Positions 1-10,527 of a DNA stretch of 64,000 nt are shown here, piece after piece (positions within the stretch are counted from its first letter, which is position 1; every line of letters starts with the position of its first letter). Origin of the DNA: Vulcanimicrobiota bacterium (GTDB taxonomy: Bacteria; Vulcanimicrobiota; Vulcanimicrobiia; Vulcanimicrobiales; Vulcanimicrobiaceae). Made by a program: the position numbers and the translations under genes. The notes below the pieces were generated by a model that saw only the letters and a program-made list of their open reading frames with translations, was not told the DNA's origin and ran no database searches. The stretch spans positions 2,174-66,173 of the forward strand of contig CAWHWQ010000007.1 of assembly GCA_963833095.1 (NCBI GenBank), given 5' to 3'.

Positions 1-980
1 TCGCTCATCGCGAGGTTCGTCACGTAGGATCCAATGTCAAAGGTTGCCGCGCCGCCGGGCGTGCCTTGCATCGTCACCCTCAGCGCGTCACCCGCGCGAA
101 GCGGCCGATTGCTATCGAGCGCAACCGAGGCGATCTGCGGACTGCCCGGTGCGGGCGAGACGCTCGCGATCGGACGACTTGCCAAGATCGTACGGATCTC
201 GTTGGTTACCACATTGTAGCGGACGGTGACCACGTCGCCCACGCGCAGGTCGGAGATCGCAGCGGTTTTTCCATTGAGGATAATCTGCGTGGTACGATCG
301 GGCACGATTACGTGACCGTCCATCATCACGAACTCAGTTGATGTCGCAGCGGCGATATTTCCCGCGCGCGAACCGAATTCGTCGGCAACCCGCTGCACGT
401 GCCCCGCGCGGTCCATGTAGATACGCGCAAAGTCGCCCGGACGCACGTCGGCGAGCTCGCCCGGAACCACGACGTTTGCGGCAACGTCGTGCATTTCGAC
501 GATGGCGTTCGTGCCGATCGGGACGGTGTGGATCGTCGCGTTGTATTCAAGTGTCACCGTCGGCGGATCGGAGGCGAGGTCGACGGCCGCGACCGTTCCA
601 AAGCGCTCGGCGGACGTATGCGTAAGAACCAGCCCGCTCGACGAACGCCCGACGAGCTGCGCGACGATGGTAACGGTCTGCGTGTGGCTGTCGTAGGTTG
701 CCTGCGCGCCGAGCACGTCGGTAAAGAAGCGCAGCGGCGCGTAGAGCACGTCATGCACTTCGATCGCTCCATCCTTGCCGCCGATTGGAACGCTCACCGT
801 GCGCGCGCCTACCTGCGTCTCGATCTGCGAACCGGATCGGATAAACTGCAGGCCCAAGGCTTCGATCGTGCGGCGCACGGGCGCGTACAGCTCACCGTGC
901 AACATCATCGGCGGGGGCTGCAGCGGCAGCTTCACGCCGTTGATCACGATTGCGATCGCAGCCATCAGAACGTGAATCAC
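1..980 (-). CDS. Copper amine oxidase N-terminal (stalk-like) domain protein; 3' end cut by the window edge
   Basis: By my own translation the minus-strand frame stays open from GTG 980 (or ATG 965) to base 1. It is absent from the ORF track because there is no stop in the window. 'INGVKLPLQPPPMMLHGELYAPVRRTIEALGLQF' resembles the Cu_amine_oxidN1-type repeat also seen in 51891-52364. A GTGA overlap joins it to the stop of the upstream GT gene. Confidence 0.45.
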   Translation of the reverse strand, partial: MIHVLMAAIAIVINGVKLPLQPPPMMLHGELYAPVRRTIEALGLQFIRSGSQIETQVGARTVSVPIGGKDGAIEVHDVLYAPLRFFTDVLGAQATYDSHTQTVTIVAQLVGRSSSGLVLTHTSAERFGTVAAVDLASDPPTVTLEYNATIHTVPIGTNAIVEMHDVAANVVVPGELADVRPGDFARIYMDRAGHVQRVADEFGSRAGNIAAATSTEFVMMDGHVIVPDRTTQIILNGKTAAISDLRVGDVVTVRYNVVTNEIRTILASRPIASVSPAPGSPQIASVALDSNRPLRAGDALRVTMQGTPGGAATFDIGSYVTNLAMS

Positions 981-1993
981 CGTTGCTCCTCTACGATTTC
1001 GCGATAGACCGCGGCCGTTTCGCGCGCTGTACGATCCCAGCTCAGCGCTCCGACGGCCTCGCGCCCACGTTCAACGAGCGCGGTGCGCAAAGCCTGGTTG
1101 TCGAGCAGACGCTCGATCTGTGCGCGCGCACCCTCGACGTCGCGCGGGTCGAAGGTCAGCGCGGCGCCCGAGACGGGATCGGGGATCGACGTCGCGGTGG
1201 CGATCACCGGGCAGCCCTGCGCCATCGCCTCCACAAACGGCAAACCGAAGCCTTCGAGCAGCGACGGATGGACGAGGGCCGAGGCCCCGGCATAATATGA
1301 CGCGAGCGCGCGATCGTCGACGTCACCCAGCGCAACGGCTTGCCGGCGATCGTTTGAGAGACGCTGCAACGCACCGCTGAAGTCATCCGGCCCCGTGAGA
1401 TACAAATCGATCTCATAGCGCGTCGGCAGCGACGCCCAGGCTTGGAGCAACGTCGGGATATCCTTGTGCATGCGATGATTGCCCACATTGATGAGATAGG
1501 GCCGCTTCCCGCGATACGGCGGTGCTTGCTCGAGAAACGTCTCGCGCGGCGCGAGCGGCACGACCCGGATCTTCGCCGGATTCGCCCCGAGCAGCGTCAC
1601 CAGATCCCCGATAGTTCGGCTATCCGAGGTGATGATGCGCGCAGCCTTGCGCGCCGCGCGCTGCACGACCGAGCGATAGTACGGCGCAATCGTGGGCTTG
1701 AAGAACTGCAGAAACCGCAGATGAATCACGTCGTGAATCGTAAACACGAAGCGTCCGCCCGCAAAGAGCGGCACGTACTGCGACATGAAATGCGCCACGT
1801 CGATCCGGTCATTGCGCATCTGTACGGGCAGCGCGATTTGATCGAGCATTCCGAGGTTCTCGCCTTGGCTGTACACGCGATACTCAAACTCGGGTGCCAC
1901 TCGGGGCAGTCGCGCAGCCACCTCCTGAATATAGGTTCGCATGCCGACGGAGATGTGGCGGCCGCAGCGCGCATCCAGGCCGACGCGTACCAT
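977..1993 (-). CDS. Glycosyltransferase family 1 (GT4-type)
   Basis: 338-aa ORF with the C-terminal signature 'HPSLLEGFGLPFVEAMAQGCPVIAT' (E-x7-E region of GT1/GT4 enzymes). It abuts the GT2 gene with no gap. Confidence 0.8.
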   Translation of the reverse strand: MVRVGLDARCGRHISVGMRTYIQEVAARLPRVAPEFEYRVYSQGENLGMLDQIALPVQMRNDRIDVAHFMSQYVPLFAGGRFVFTIHDVIHLRFLQFFKPTIAPYYRSVVQRAARKAARIITSDSRTIGDLVTLLGANPAKIRVVPLAPRETFLEQAPPYRGKRPYLINVGNHRMHKDIPTLLQAWASLPTRYEIDLYLTGPDDFSGALQRLSNDRRQAVALGDVDDRALASYYAGASALVHPSLLEGFGLPFVEAMAQGCPVIATATSIPDPVSGAALTFDPRDVEGARAQIERLLDNQALRTALVERGREAVGALSWDRTARETAAVYREIVEEQR

Positions 1994-2761
1994 CTAGTGC
2001 TTCTTGCGGTCGAGGCCCGCTTGCCGTAGCGACTTCCAGGCAACCACCGCAGGATAGAGTGCGGAATACCAGGCGACGTACCATCCGCGCGGACCGTCGC
2101 GCAGCGCCCCGCGCCGCAACAAGCCATCGCCAAAACGCGGCACGACCAACGCTCCTTGCGTGACGCTGCGCATGAAGCTCGGCGGATGGGCCAGCGCCTC
2201 GATTGCGGTGTAACGCGCGAACTTCTCGCGATATGTGCGCGCATCGGGATACGAGTAGTGCAGCAGCGTGCCATCGAGCTCGCGCACGTCGCCATTGCAG
2301 ACAAGTCGTTCGTGCAGCGGCGCGTCGCCGCCGGTTGCCGCTTGCGCTTCGACCCGCGCCGCGCCGGTACGCACCAAGCGCAGCAGCGGCTCGCCGCTCC
2401 ACATGCGCATCGGTTTGCCGTGAAAATACGTCGTGCGACGAACGATATAGCCGTCCGCATTGCCGGGTGCGGTCACAATCGCCTCGCGCAAACGATCGTC
2501 GAGTTGCTCGTCGGCGTCGAGCATCAGCGTCCAGGGCGTCGCGATCTGCCCGAGTCCAAACCGCCGCGCGTCGACAAAGTCGGTCCAATCCCGTTCGATC
2601 ACGCGCGCGCCGGCGGCCCGCGCGTACGCAACCGTATTGTCGGCCGAACGTGCATCGAGTACGAGAATCGAAACACCGCGCGGCAGGCTGGTGATCGCGC
2701 GCGGCAGATCGCGCTCTTCGTCTCGCGTCAGAATGAAGGCGGTGACGTCGCTAGGATCCAT
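1994..2761 (-). CDS. Glycosyltransferase family 2
   Basis: 255-aa ORF. The N-terminus 'AFILTRDEERDLPRAITSL...ILVLDARSADNT' and the DxD-like 'MLDADEQL' are typical of GT2 enzymes. Confidence 0.75.
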   Translation of the reverse strand: MDPSDVTAFILTRDEERDLPRAITSLPRGVSILVLDARSADNTVAYARAAGARVIERDWTDFVDARRFGLGQIATPWTLMLDADEQLDDRLREAIVTAPGNADGYIVRRTTYFHGKPMRMWSGEPLLRLVRTGAARVEAQAATGGDAPLHERLVCNGDVRELDGTLLHYSYPDARTYREKFARYTAIEALAHPPSFMRSVTQGALVVPRFGDGLLRRGALRDGPRGWYVAWYSALYPAVVAWKSLRQAGLDRKKH

Positions 2762-2803
2762 GGCGGCCCCTCCGGGGGGCGCGCAGCGCTAGCGTAGCGC
2801 CGT

Positions 2804-4486
<1,683 letters not shown>

Positions 4487-4557
4487 TTAGGCGGGGGTCA
4501 TCACCTTGAATGGTTCCGCCGCCCTGCGGGCGGTCGCGCATCCTGTGCTCGGGACCT

Positions 4558-5391
4558 TTAGCCGCATCGTACGGCTACGTAGCGCTCGCGGCCGCCGTAA
4601 TCGCGTTCGAGGGTGACTGCCGCGCTCGGAAACGCCGCCTCCGCGAGCGCAAGCAAGCCCTCTGCAATCGGGGGCGCGCCTTCGGCCAGGACGAGGCCGC
4701 CCGCATTCACGAGCGGCGGGACGCGTTCGAAGAAGCGGCGGTAGTAGTCCAGCCCATCGGGACCACCGTCAAGGGCGAGGGCGGGTTCGAAGCGCAGGTC
4801 CGGATCTCCCTGCCCGCTAGGAACGTACGGCAGGTTGGCAACGATCGCATCGTAATGGTTGCGCGCAACCGGTTCGAGAAGATCGCCGAGATAGAATGAC
4901 ACGCGCTTTTGCAAATCGAGACGATCGCGATTGGCGATGGCGACGATGAGCGCATCGGGTGAAGCGTCGGTCGCATCGACGCGCGCCTGCGGCACCTCGG
5001 CGGCAAGCGTCAGCGCGATCGCGCCGCTGCCGGTGCCGACATCCAGCGCGCGCGGCGCACCGTATGCGCGCAGATGGGCGATCGCTGCTTCGACCAGATG
5101 CTCGGTTTCAAAGCGCGGAATCAGCACCCGCGGATCGACGAGGAATTCACGGCGATAAAAGCCGGCATTTCCCAGGATGTAGGCGAGGGGCTCGCCCGCG
5201 GCTCGCCGCTGGACGAGCGCGCGGAGCTGCTCGACCCGTTGAGGCTCGAGTTCGGCGTCGGCGTGCGCGCGAAGCCATGCAACGTCGTGCTCGCAGACGA
5301 GCATCAGCAGGGCATCTGCATCGGCGGGCGTGAGCCCAAAGTCCCGTTCACATGCCCGCCGTGCCGTTTGCACGCTTGCCCATTCATTCAC
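4558..5391 (-). CDS. prmC: Release factor glutamine N5-methyltransferase (HemK/PrmC)
   Basis: 277 aa. It carries the SAM-binding 'LDVGTGSGAIALTLA' and the 'NLPYV' (NPPY-type) motif, and lies on the same strand downstream of prfA. Confidence 0.9.
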   Translation of the reverse strand: MNEWASVQTARRACERDFGLTPADADALLMLVCEHDVAWLRAHADAELEPQRVEQLRALVQRRAAGEPLAYILGNAGFYRREFLVDPRVLIPRFETEHLVEAAIAHLRAYGAPRALDVGTGSGAIALTLAAEVPQARVDATDASPDALIVAIANRDRLDLQKRVSFYLGDLLEPVARNHYDAIVANLPYVPSGQGDPDLRFEPALALDGGPDGLDYYRRFFERVPPLVNAGGLVLAEGAPPIAEGLLALAEAAFPSAAVTLERDYGGRERYVAVRCG

Positions 5392-5426
5392 GCTGACGGA
5401 TACTTTCTCACAGAGGTGCGACGGCG

Positions 5427-6245
5427 ATGATTGTCCGGCCTAGTTCGTATGGGACGAGTCCCCAGCCCGACAACATTTGGCAACTCATTGCCGGCTTTCT
5501 GATGCTGGGCGTTGGTGGGGCGTCCGTGTTCGCACTGATCTTTGCTGCACGCATCACGTTCGCGGGACTGGAGTTCTTCTTCTCCGCCCAGCCACCCGGT
5601 CTCGCAACGGTCGCGTTGCACAACGTGATCGCAAGCGCGCTCAGCGGGGCGTTTGCCGGCATCGCGATTGCCATCGTGCGACGCGCGCGAGTCAAGGTTC
5701 CGCACGCAGCGCATGCGCTCGTTTCGGCTTCATTCCTCGACGGCGGCTTCGGCAGCATCGCGCTCGAGGGCATCGTGGGGCTGCTCGTGGGCGCGGTCAA
5801 TGGCACGAGCGGCATCGTGAGCTTCGCGCAGCTCCTCTTTGGGTCGCAGCACGTCTCGCTGCGCGGCGACTTCTACCCGATCACGCATTTCGTGCTCTTC
5901 GGCGGCGCGGGCGGCGGCGGTTTTGGGGGCGATGCATTCTTTGCCATGCTCTGGTTCATGCTGGTCGTGATCATGGCCGCGATCCTCGCGGCGGTGATCA
6001 TGGGCCCACTTGTGAGCGTGCTGCTTTCCGGCCTTTCGGGCGCGCTGCGGGGCGGCGTAGAATCGGCGGTCGCCCGTTCGTCGCCGTTCAAAGTTGGCAT
6101 CGCGCGCGGACTGCAGATCGGCATCATCGTGGGAATCATCGAAGCGCTATGCAGCGCCTGGGCCTACTGGCACTACCATCATGTCCCAACGGATACGTCT
6201 ACCGGACCGGCGTTACGCGGCGCCGTCTTCTTCACCGGCGAGTAG
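5427..6245 (+). CDS. Hypothetical polytopic membrane protein (Gly-rich)
   Basis: 272-aa ORF with several long hydrophobic segments and GC-rich third codon positions. I recognise no family. Its 3' end overlaps the prfA 3' end by 33 bp (convergent). Confidence 0.45.
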   Translation: MIVRPSSYGTSPQPDNIWQLIAGFLMLGVGGASVFALIFAARITFAGLEFFFSAQPPGLATVALHNVIASALSGAFAGIAIAIVRRARVKVPHAAHALVSASFLDGGFGSIALEGIVGLLVGAVNGTSGIVSFAQLLFGSQHVSLRGDFYPITHFVLFGGAGGGGFGGDAFFAMLWFMLVVIMAAILAAVIMGPLVSVLLSGLSGALRGGVESAVARSSPFKVGIARGLQIGIIVGIIEALCSAWAYWHYHHVPTDTSTGPALRGAVFFTGE

Positions 6246-7316
6246 GCGGGCTTGTTCGTCGGCAAGGAGGTCGTTGACGATCGGCGTGAGCGCGCCGTCC
6301 ATGATGCCGCGGATATTGCCGTAGCTTTGATTGACGCGGTGATCGGTGACGCGGTCTTGCGGGAAGTTGTAGGTGCGAATCTTCTCGGACCGATCGCCGG
6401 TCCCGACTTGGCTGCGCCGCAATGACCCCATGGCCTCTTCTTTTTCGCGCTGCTGGCGCTCGTAGAGCATCGCGCGCAACATCGTCATGGCCTTTTCGCG
6501 GTTCTGCATCTGCGAACGCTCTTGTTGCGAGGCGACGATGATCCCTGAGGGCACGTGCGTGATGCGAATCGCCGATTCGGTCTTGTTGACGTACTGGCCG
6601 CCGGCGCCGGACGCTTTATAGGTGTCGATCTGCAGGTCGCCCGCTTTGATTTCGATCTTCACGTCGGCATCGACTTCGGGCAGCACCGCAACCGTCGCGG
6701 TGGAAGTATGAATGCGCCCTTGCGCTTCGGTCGCAGGAACGCGCTGCACGCGGTGCACGCCCGACTCGTATTTGAAGTAGCGATACGGTGAATCGCCCTT
6801 CATGCTCAGGACGATCTCTTTATAGCCGCCGGCGTCGCTTTCGTTTTCGGAGACCAGCTCGACGCGCATCCCGCGCGACTCAGCGTAACGCATGTACATG
6901 CGCGCAAGGTCGCCCGCGAAAATGGCTGCTTCGTCGCCGCCGGCCCCGGCACGAATTTCGATGAAAACGTCCTTCGTATCGCTCGGGTCTTTGGGAACCA
7001 TCAGCACCGAGAGCTCGTTTACGAGCTGCTCGAGCTGCGTACGCAAGTCCCTGAGTTCTTCTTCGGCCAACTCGCGCAGCTCGGCATCGCCGCCCTCGCG
7101 CAGCAAGCCTTCGTTTGCCACGATCTCGTCGAGGACTTTGCGATAGCGGCGATACGCGTTGACGGTCTCTTCGAGTTGCGCGCGCTCTTTGACCAGCCCG
7201 GTGTAGCGCTCCTGATCGAAGCCCCCCGCGGGATTGGCCAACTCCGCCTCGATCTCGTCGAAGCGCCGGACCGTCGTATTGAGGCGTGCAATCACGCTTG
7301 CGTTTAATTCAGCCAT
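6213..7316 (-). CDS. prfA: Peptide chain release factor 1
   Basis: 367 aa. It has the 'RVQRVPATEAQGRIHTS' region (PxT tripeptide, RF1-type) and the GGQ motif 'SGAGGQYVNKTESAIRITH'. Confidence 0.95.
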   Translation of the reverse strand: MAELNASVIARLNTTVRRFDEIEAELANPAGGFDQERYTGLVKERAQLEETVNAYRRYRKVLDEIVANEGLLREGGDAELRELAEEELRDLRTQLEQLVNELSVLMVPKDPSDTKDVFIEIRAGAGGDEAAIFAGDLARMYMRYAESRGMRVELVSENESDAGGYKEIVLSMKGDSPYRYFKYESGVHRVQRVPATEAQGRIHTSTATVAVLPEVDADVKIEIKAGDLQIDTYKASGAGGQYVNKTESAIRITHVPSGIIVASQQERSQMQNREKAMTMLRAMLYERQQREKEEAMGSLRRSQVGTGDRSEKIRTYNFPQDRVTDHRVNQSYGNIRGIMDGALTPIVNDLLADEQARLLAGEEDGAA

Positions 7317-7332
7317 ATCGATTCAGGTCGGG

Positions 7333-7366
7333 AACGAAAAAGACGAGCCGCAGTGCAGCTCGTCTT
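7333..7366 (-). terminator. Rho-independent terminator downstream of rpmE
   Basis: On the minus strand the sequence is AAGACGAGC-tgcactgcg-GCTCGTCTT (9-bp stem, 9-nt loop) running into a T5 tract (TTTTTCGTT). It lies about 20 nt after the rpmE stop. Confidence 0.6.
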
Positions 7367-7384
7367 GAACCTTGGACTAGAGCG

Positions 7385-7654
7385 TTAAGCCTCGACGGCC
7401 TTTTTCGCGTCCTTGGCGGCTTGGCGTTGCGCGGCTTCTTGCTTCTTCTTTTCGGCGGCGGCAGCGCGCTGATTGAACTTATCAACGCGACCGGCGGTGT
7501 CGATCAGTTTTTGCGTACCGGTGAACAGCGGATGGCACGCCGAGCAAATCTCGACGGCGATCTCTTTCATGGTCGAACCGGTGGTAAAAGCGGCACCGCA
7601 GGCGCAGTGGACTTTGGCCTCGGGGTACCAGTTGGGGTGGATCTTCTCTTTCAC
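7385..7654 (-). CDS. rpmE: 50S ribosomal protein L31
   Basis: 89 aa. '[20 protein letters not shown]...[10 protein letters not shown]' is the classic L31 zinc-ribbon pattern. Confidence 0.93.
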   Translation of the reverse strand: MKEKIHPNWYPEAKVHCACGAAFTTGSTMKEIAVEICSACHPLFTGTQKLIDTAGRVDKFNQRAAAAEKKKQEAAQRQAAKDAKKAVEA

Positions 7655-7720
7655 AGCCCCATGATTATAGCAGGGGGTGCAAGAGGGCTTTGGGCTTGCC
7701 GCCGGACCGCGTTGCTGTTA

Positions 7721-7736
7721 AACTAGTTCAACTAGT
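7721..7736. promoter_or_regulatory. Possible antitoxin operator: duplicated ACTAGT palindrome abutting the start codon
   Basis: AACTAGTTCAACTAGT sits immediately 5' of ATG 7737. The hexamer is AT-rich and palindromic in a GC-rich genome, and no Shine-Dalgarno sequence is visible. The operator role is inferred only. Confidence 0.25.
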
Positions 7737-7991
7737 ATGGACAAACAATGGAACCTCCAGGACGCAAAGGCTCGTCTCTCAGAGCTGGTCGACCGAGCTC
7801 GGCTCGGCGAAGCGCAGGTCATCCTTCGCCGCGGCGAACCTGCCGCGGTCGTCATCTCGTATGAGGCGTACAAGCCCGCGAAGCGGCTCGAACAGTCCGT
7901 GCTTTCATTCTTTGCGGACTCGCCGCTCAAGGGGCTCGACTTCGAGATGCCCCGCGTGCCCGAGAACATGCGCGATATCGAATTAGAATGA
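7737..7991 (+). CDS. Type II antitoxin, Phd/YefM-like
   Basis: 84 aa. 'WNLQDAKARLSELVDRARLGEAQVILRRGEPAAVVISYEAY' is a typical Phd/YefM N-terminal fold pattern. A 4-nt overlap (ATGA) joins it to the downstream PIN gene. Confidence 0.75.
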   Translation: MDKQWNLQDAKARLSELVDRARLGEAQVILRRGEPAAVVISYEAYKPAKRLEQSVLSFFADSPLKGLDFEMPRVPENMRDIELE

Positions 7992-8416
7992 CCCGCCTTC
8001 TTCTCGACACGAACGTCATTTCCGAAGCCACCAAGGTCCGCCCCAATCCCGCCGTCGTCGCGTGGCTCGCATCGCAGCGGCTCGATGATTGTTTCCTAAG
8101 CGCGCTCACCCTGGGTGAAATTCAATTTGGCGTGTCGCGACTCGCGACATCGGCGCGGCGAAGCGAGCTCACGCGCTGGTTGCACGCCGAACTGATTCCG
8201 ACATTTCACGATCGCATTCTCGCTTTCGATCGAGACGCTGCCATCGCATGGGGCGATCTCGTTGCGCACGCGTTTGCACAGGGCAAGACTCTGCCGATCG
8301 TCGACTCACAGATCGCCGCAACGGCAAAGGCCCACGGTCTCACACTCGTCACGCGCAATGCACGTCACTTCGCCGAGATTGGGATCGAGGTCATCGATCC
8401 GTGGGCTAGCGGCTAG
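7988..8416 (+). CDS. vapC: PIN-domain toxin (VapC/FitB-like)
   Basis: 142 aa. 'MTRLLLDTNVISE' supplies the first PIN acidic residue, and later 'D..IAATA..H.L.LVTRN..HF' fits a PIN domain. Confidence 0.8.
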   Translation: MTRLLLDTNVISEATKVRPNPAVVAWLASQRLDDCFLSALTLGEIQFGVSRLATSARRSELTRWLHAELIPTFHDRILAFDRDAAIAWGDLVAHAFAQGKTLPIVDSQIAATAKAHGLTLVTRNARHFAEIGIEVIDPWASG

Positions 8417-10527
8417 GGGACGGTCAGACCCGTGAGCGCCTGGATCAAATGGCCCGCGTACGGAACGCCGACCCCGGTAACCATGTCGTACCCCGGACCA
8501 GCCGCGGCGCCAGGGATCGGCGACGCCGGCGTGTAGTTCGGGTTCTGCATCTGGTTGTCACCGTAAACGATGTCGTAGAAGACCTGATTGTAGAGGAGCG
8601 ACGGTGTATAGTTTTTGATCGGCGTGTTCTTGTAGATCGCGTAGAGATAAGGCGCCGCGTTTCCGAGTCGGAATCCGCCATGGGGGCCCGGTCCGGCGCC
8701 GGCACAAACGCCCGCGCTCGCGTTCGCTTTGCACGCGCTCAGAACATCGGCCCACATCGCGGCCATCTGCGGCGCAGCAACCGACGTGCCGCCGATATCA
8801 CTAATGCTGCCACCTGAGAAGCTTGCGTTCTCAACCTGCGCAACGCCGGTGCTCGGGTCGCCGATGAGCGAGACGTCGGGCTGTTCGCGGTAGGTCGCAC
8901 CGGTCGCGGCCGCTTGCCCTGCGTTTGCGAGAATGCCGATACCGCCCGTGCTGGAGTCGCCGCCGCCGGATCCGCCCAGCGCACCGTAGCCGGTGTCATA
9001 CGTGGAGATGCCCCACGCAAGCCACGGCGCGGTCTGCTGGCCGTACGCATTGACGTTCGCCGTGATTCCGCCGACCGACGTGACACTCGGGTCGCCCGCC
9101 GGATACGAATCGCAGACTTGCGCTAAGTAGGAGGTTGCGCTAAAACACTCGGCCGAACCGTTGTCACCGGACGACACGAAGACGGCGATGCCTTCGCTGG
9201 CGAGTTCGGCAAATTCGAGCTGCGAATACGAACCCTCGTAGCCGCCGGCGCCGCTGGCGCCTGTCCAGCCTTGCTGCGGTTCCCCGCCGCCGTAGCTGAT
9301 GGAAATCACGTCGGAGGTGTTATCGTTGATGGCCTGCATGATCTCTGCGTCGGCTTCATAGATACCGATATACGCAGAGCCGGCGCCGGTCGGGCACGGG
9401 CTCGGGAAGTTTACTTGCGGCGTGCAATAGTCGTTGGGGTTGTACGCGAGGTAAAAGTTTACGGTCGACATTGGAGCGAGCGTCGCGGCTTGCTGGGTGT
9501 CGAGTTGCGCTTCGCCGTCCTCGGGATTACAGGTGCCGGGAATGACGTTTCCAGCGTACGTGATCGGTATCGAACACGGCGCCGTGAGCGGCGGCGGGGA
9601 CTGGAAGGTTCCCGAATACGGAAACGGTGGATTCGGCGACGGTAGACTCGCCAGCGCGGTCGCGATCGGCGAGGGCGCAACGTCAACCTCGGTCACCGTC
9701 GCGGCCGACGCGGTGTTCGTCAGGGTCAGAAATTTATTCAGGTCGCAATCACCCGTACGCACGCCCGCGCACGAGGTGTCGATCGGGCCGGTCCCAATGA
9801 TGCCGAGGACGATACCACTCCCGGTGAATCCCGCCTTATACGCGCCGACGTAGTCGAACGCGGCTTGCACCGTCGACGGCGAATACCCGACCGTCAAACC
9901 GGACCCTGCCTTGGGCGGGGCGATGATATAGCTGTGATTCGTGCGGTATTGGACCATATTTCCGACCGCATCGACCGCGATTTGCTGTAAGAAATGCGGC
10001 TGGGTCATGGGCGCGATGAATTGCTGGCCGTTCTTCTGATAGAGCCCGAACGTCGTGCCGAAGGCCCGCTGCATGTTGGTTTGCGGCCCGGACACGACGA
10101 GTAACAGACGCTGCTTCCATCCCGCGACCGCCAGTCCGTTGCTCTCGAAATATTGCGCGACCTTTTGGTAGTCCGACGCAGACGCGCCGAACTGCGCAGC
10201 GATTTGATCGGGCGTGAGGAAGTGCCGGAAATTCCCCGAGGTTGGATCTTGGACCGACTGCGCGTAGGCGGTGAGCGCTTGCGCATTTTGCTGATGCACC
10301 AGCACCGTCACGTTCATGCCTGCGTTCGTGACCGGACCGACGTAGGCTGCGCCGGTCATCGCGCTCTGTCCGTAGTTCTGCAGGATCAGTTGCGGCGGAA
10401 CATTGGCCAGACCCGAATTCGTCACCGGCTGCTGCGCGCTTGGAACGGCGCCACTGCCGCCACCACCGCACGCGGCGAGCGCGATTGCAAAGACGGCTGC
10501 TGCCGCGAAAGCTAGACGGCGATTCAC
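8413..10527 (-). CDS. Sedolisin (peptidase S53) family lipoprotein, copy 1
   Basis: 704 aa with lipobox 'LAAC|GGGGSG'. It has a pro-kumamolisin-like activation segment 'FRHFLTPDQIAAQFGASASDYQKVAQYF'. Catalytic-type motifs are 'GEAQLDTQ' (Glu/Asp), 'VSSGDNGS' and 'GGTSVAAPQ' (Ser). Confidence 0.85.
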   Translation of the reverse strand: MNRRLAFAAAAVFAIALAACGGGGSGAVPSAQQPVTNSGLANVPPQLILQNYGQSAMTGAAYVGPVTNAGMNVTVLVHQQNAQALTAYAQSVQDPTSGNFRHFLTPDQIAAQFGASASDYQKVAQYFESNGLAVAGWKQRLLLVVSGPQTNMQRAFGTTFGLYQKNGQQFIAPMTQPHFLQQIAVDAVGNMVQYRTNHSYIIAPPKAGSGLTVGYSPSTVQAAFDYVGAYKAGFTGSGIVLGIIGTGPIDTSCAGVRTGDCDLNKFLTLTNTASAATVTEVDVAPSPIATALASLPSPNPPFPYSGTFQSPPPLTAPCSIPITYAGNVIPGTCNPEDGEAQLDTQQAATLAPMSTVNFYLAYNPNDYCTPQVNFPSPCPTGAGSAYIGIYEADAEIMQAINDNTSDVISISYGGGEPQQGWTGASGAGGYEGSYSQLEFAELASEGIAVFVSSGDNGSAECFSATSYLAQVCDSYPAGDPSVTSVGGITANVNAYGQQTAPWLAWGISTYDTGYGALGGSGGGDSSTGGIGILANAGQAAATGATYREQPDVSLIGDPSTGVAQVENASFSGGSISDIGGTSVAAPQMAAMWADVLSACKANASAGVCAGAGPGPHGGFRLGNAAPYLYAIYKNTPIKNYTPSLLYNQVFYDIVYGDNQMQNPNYTPASPIPGAAAGPGYDMVTGVGVPYAGHLIQALTGLTVP

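Noticed and set aside
34-1007. Several plus-strand ORFs (for example 399-1007, 338-625) at the left edge.
   Set aside because: They are Arg/His-rich, low-complexity translations typical of antisense shadow ORFs in GC-rich DNA. The minus-strand frame gives a coherent domain-containing protein open to the window edge.
6213-7316. A programmed +1 frameshift of the kind known for release-factor genes.
   Set aside because: That mechanism belongs to prfB (RF2). This gene is RF1 (PAT tripeptide) and reads as one uninterrupted ORF.
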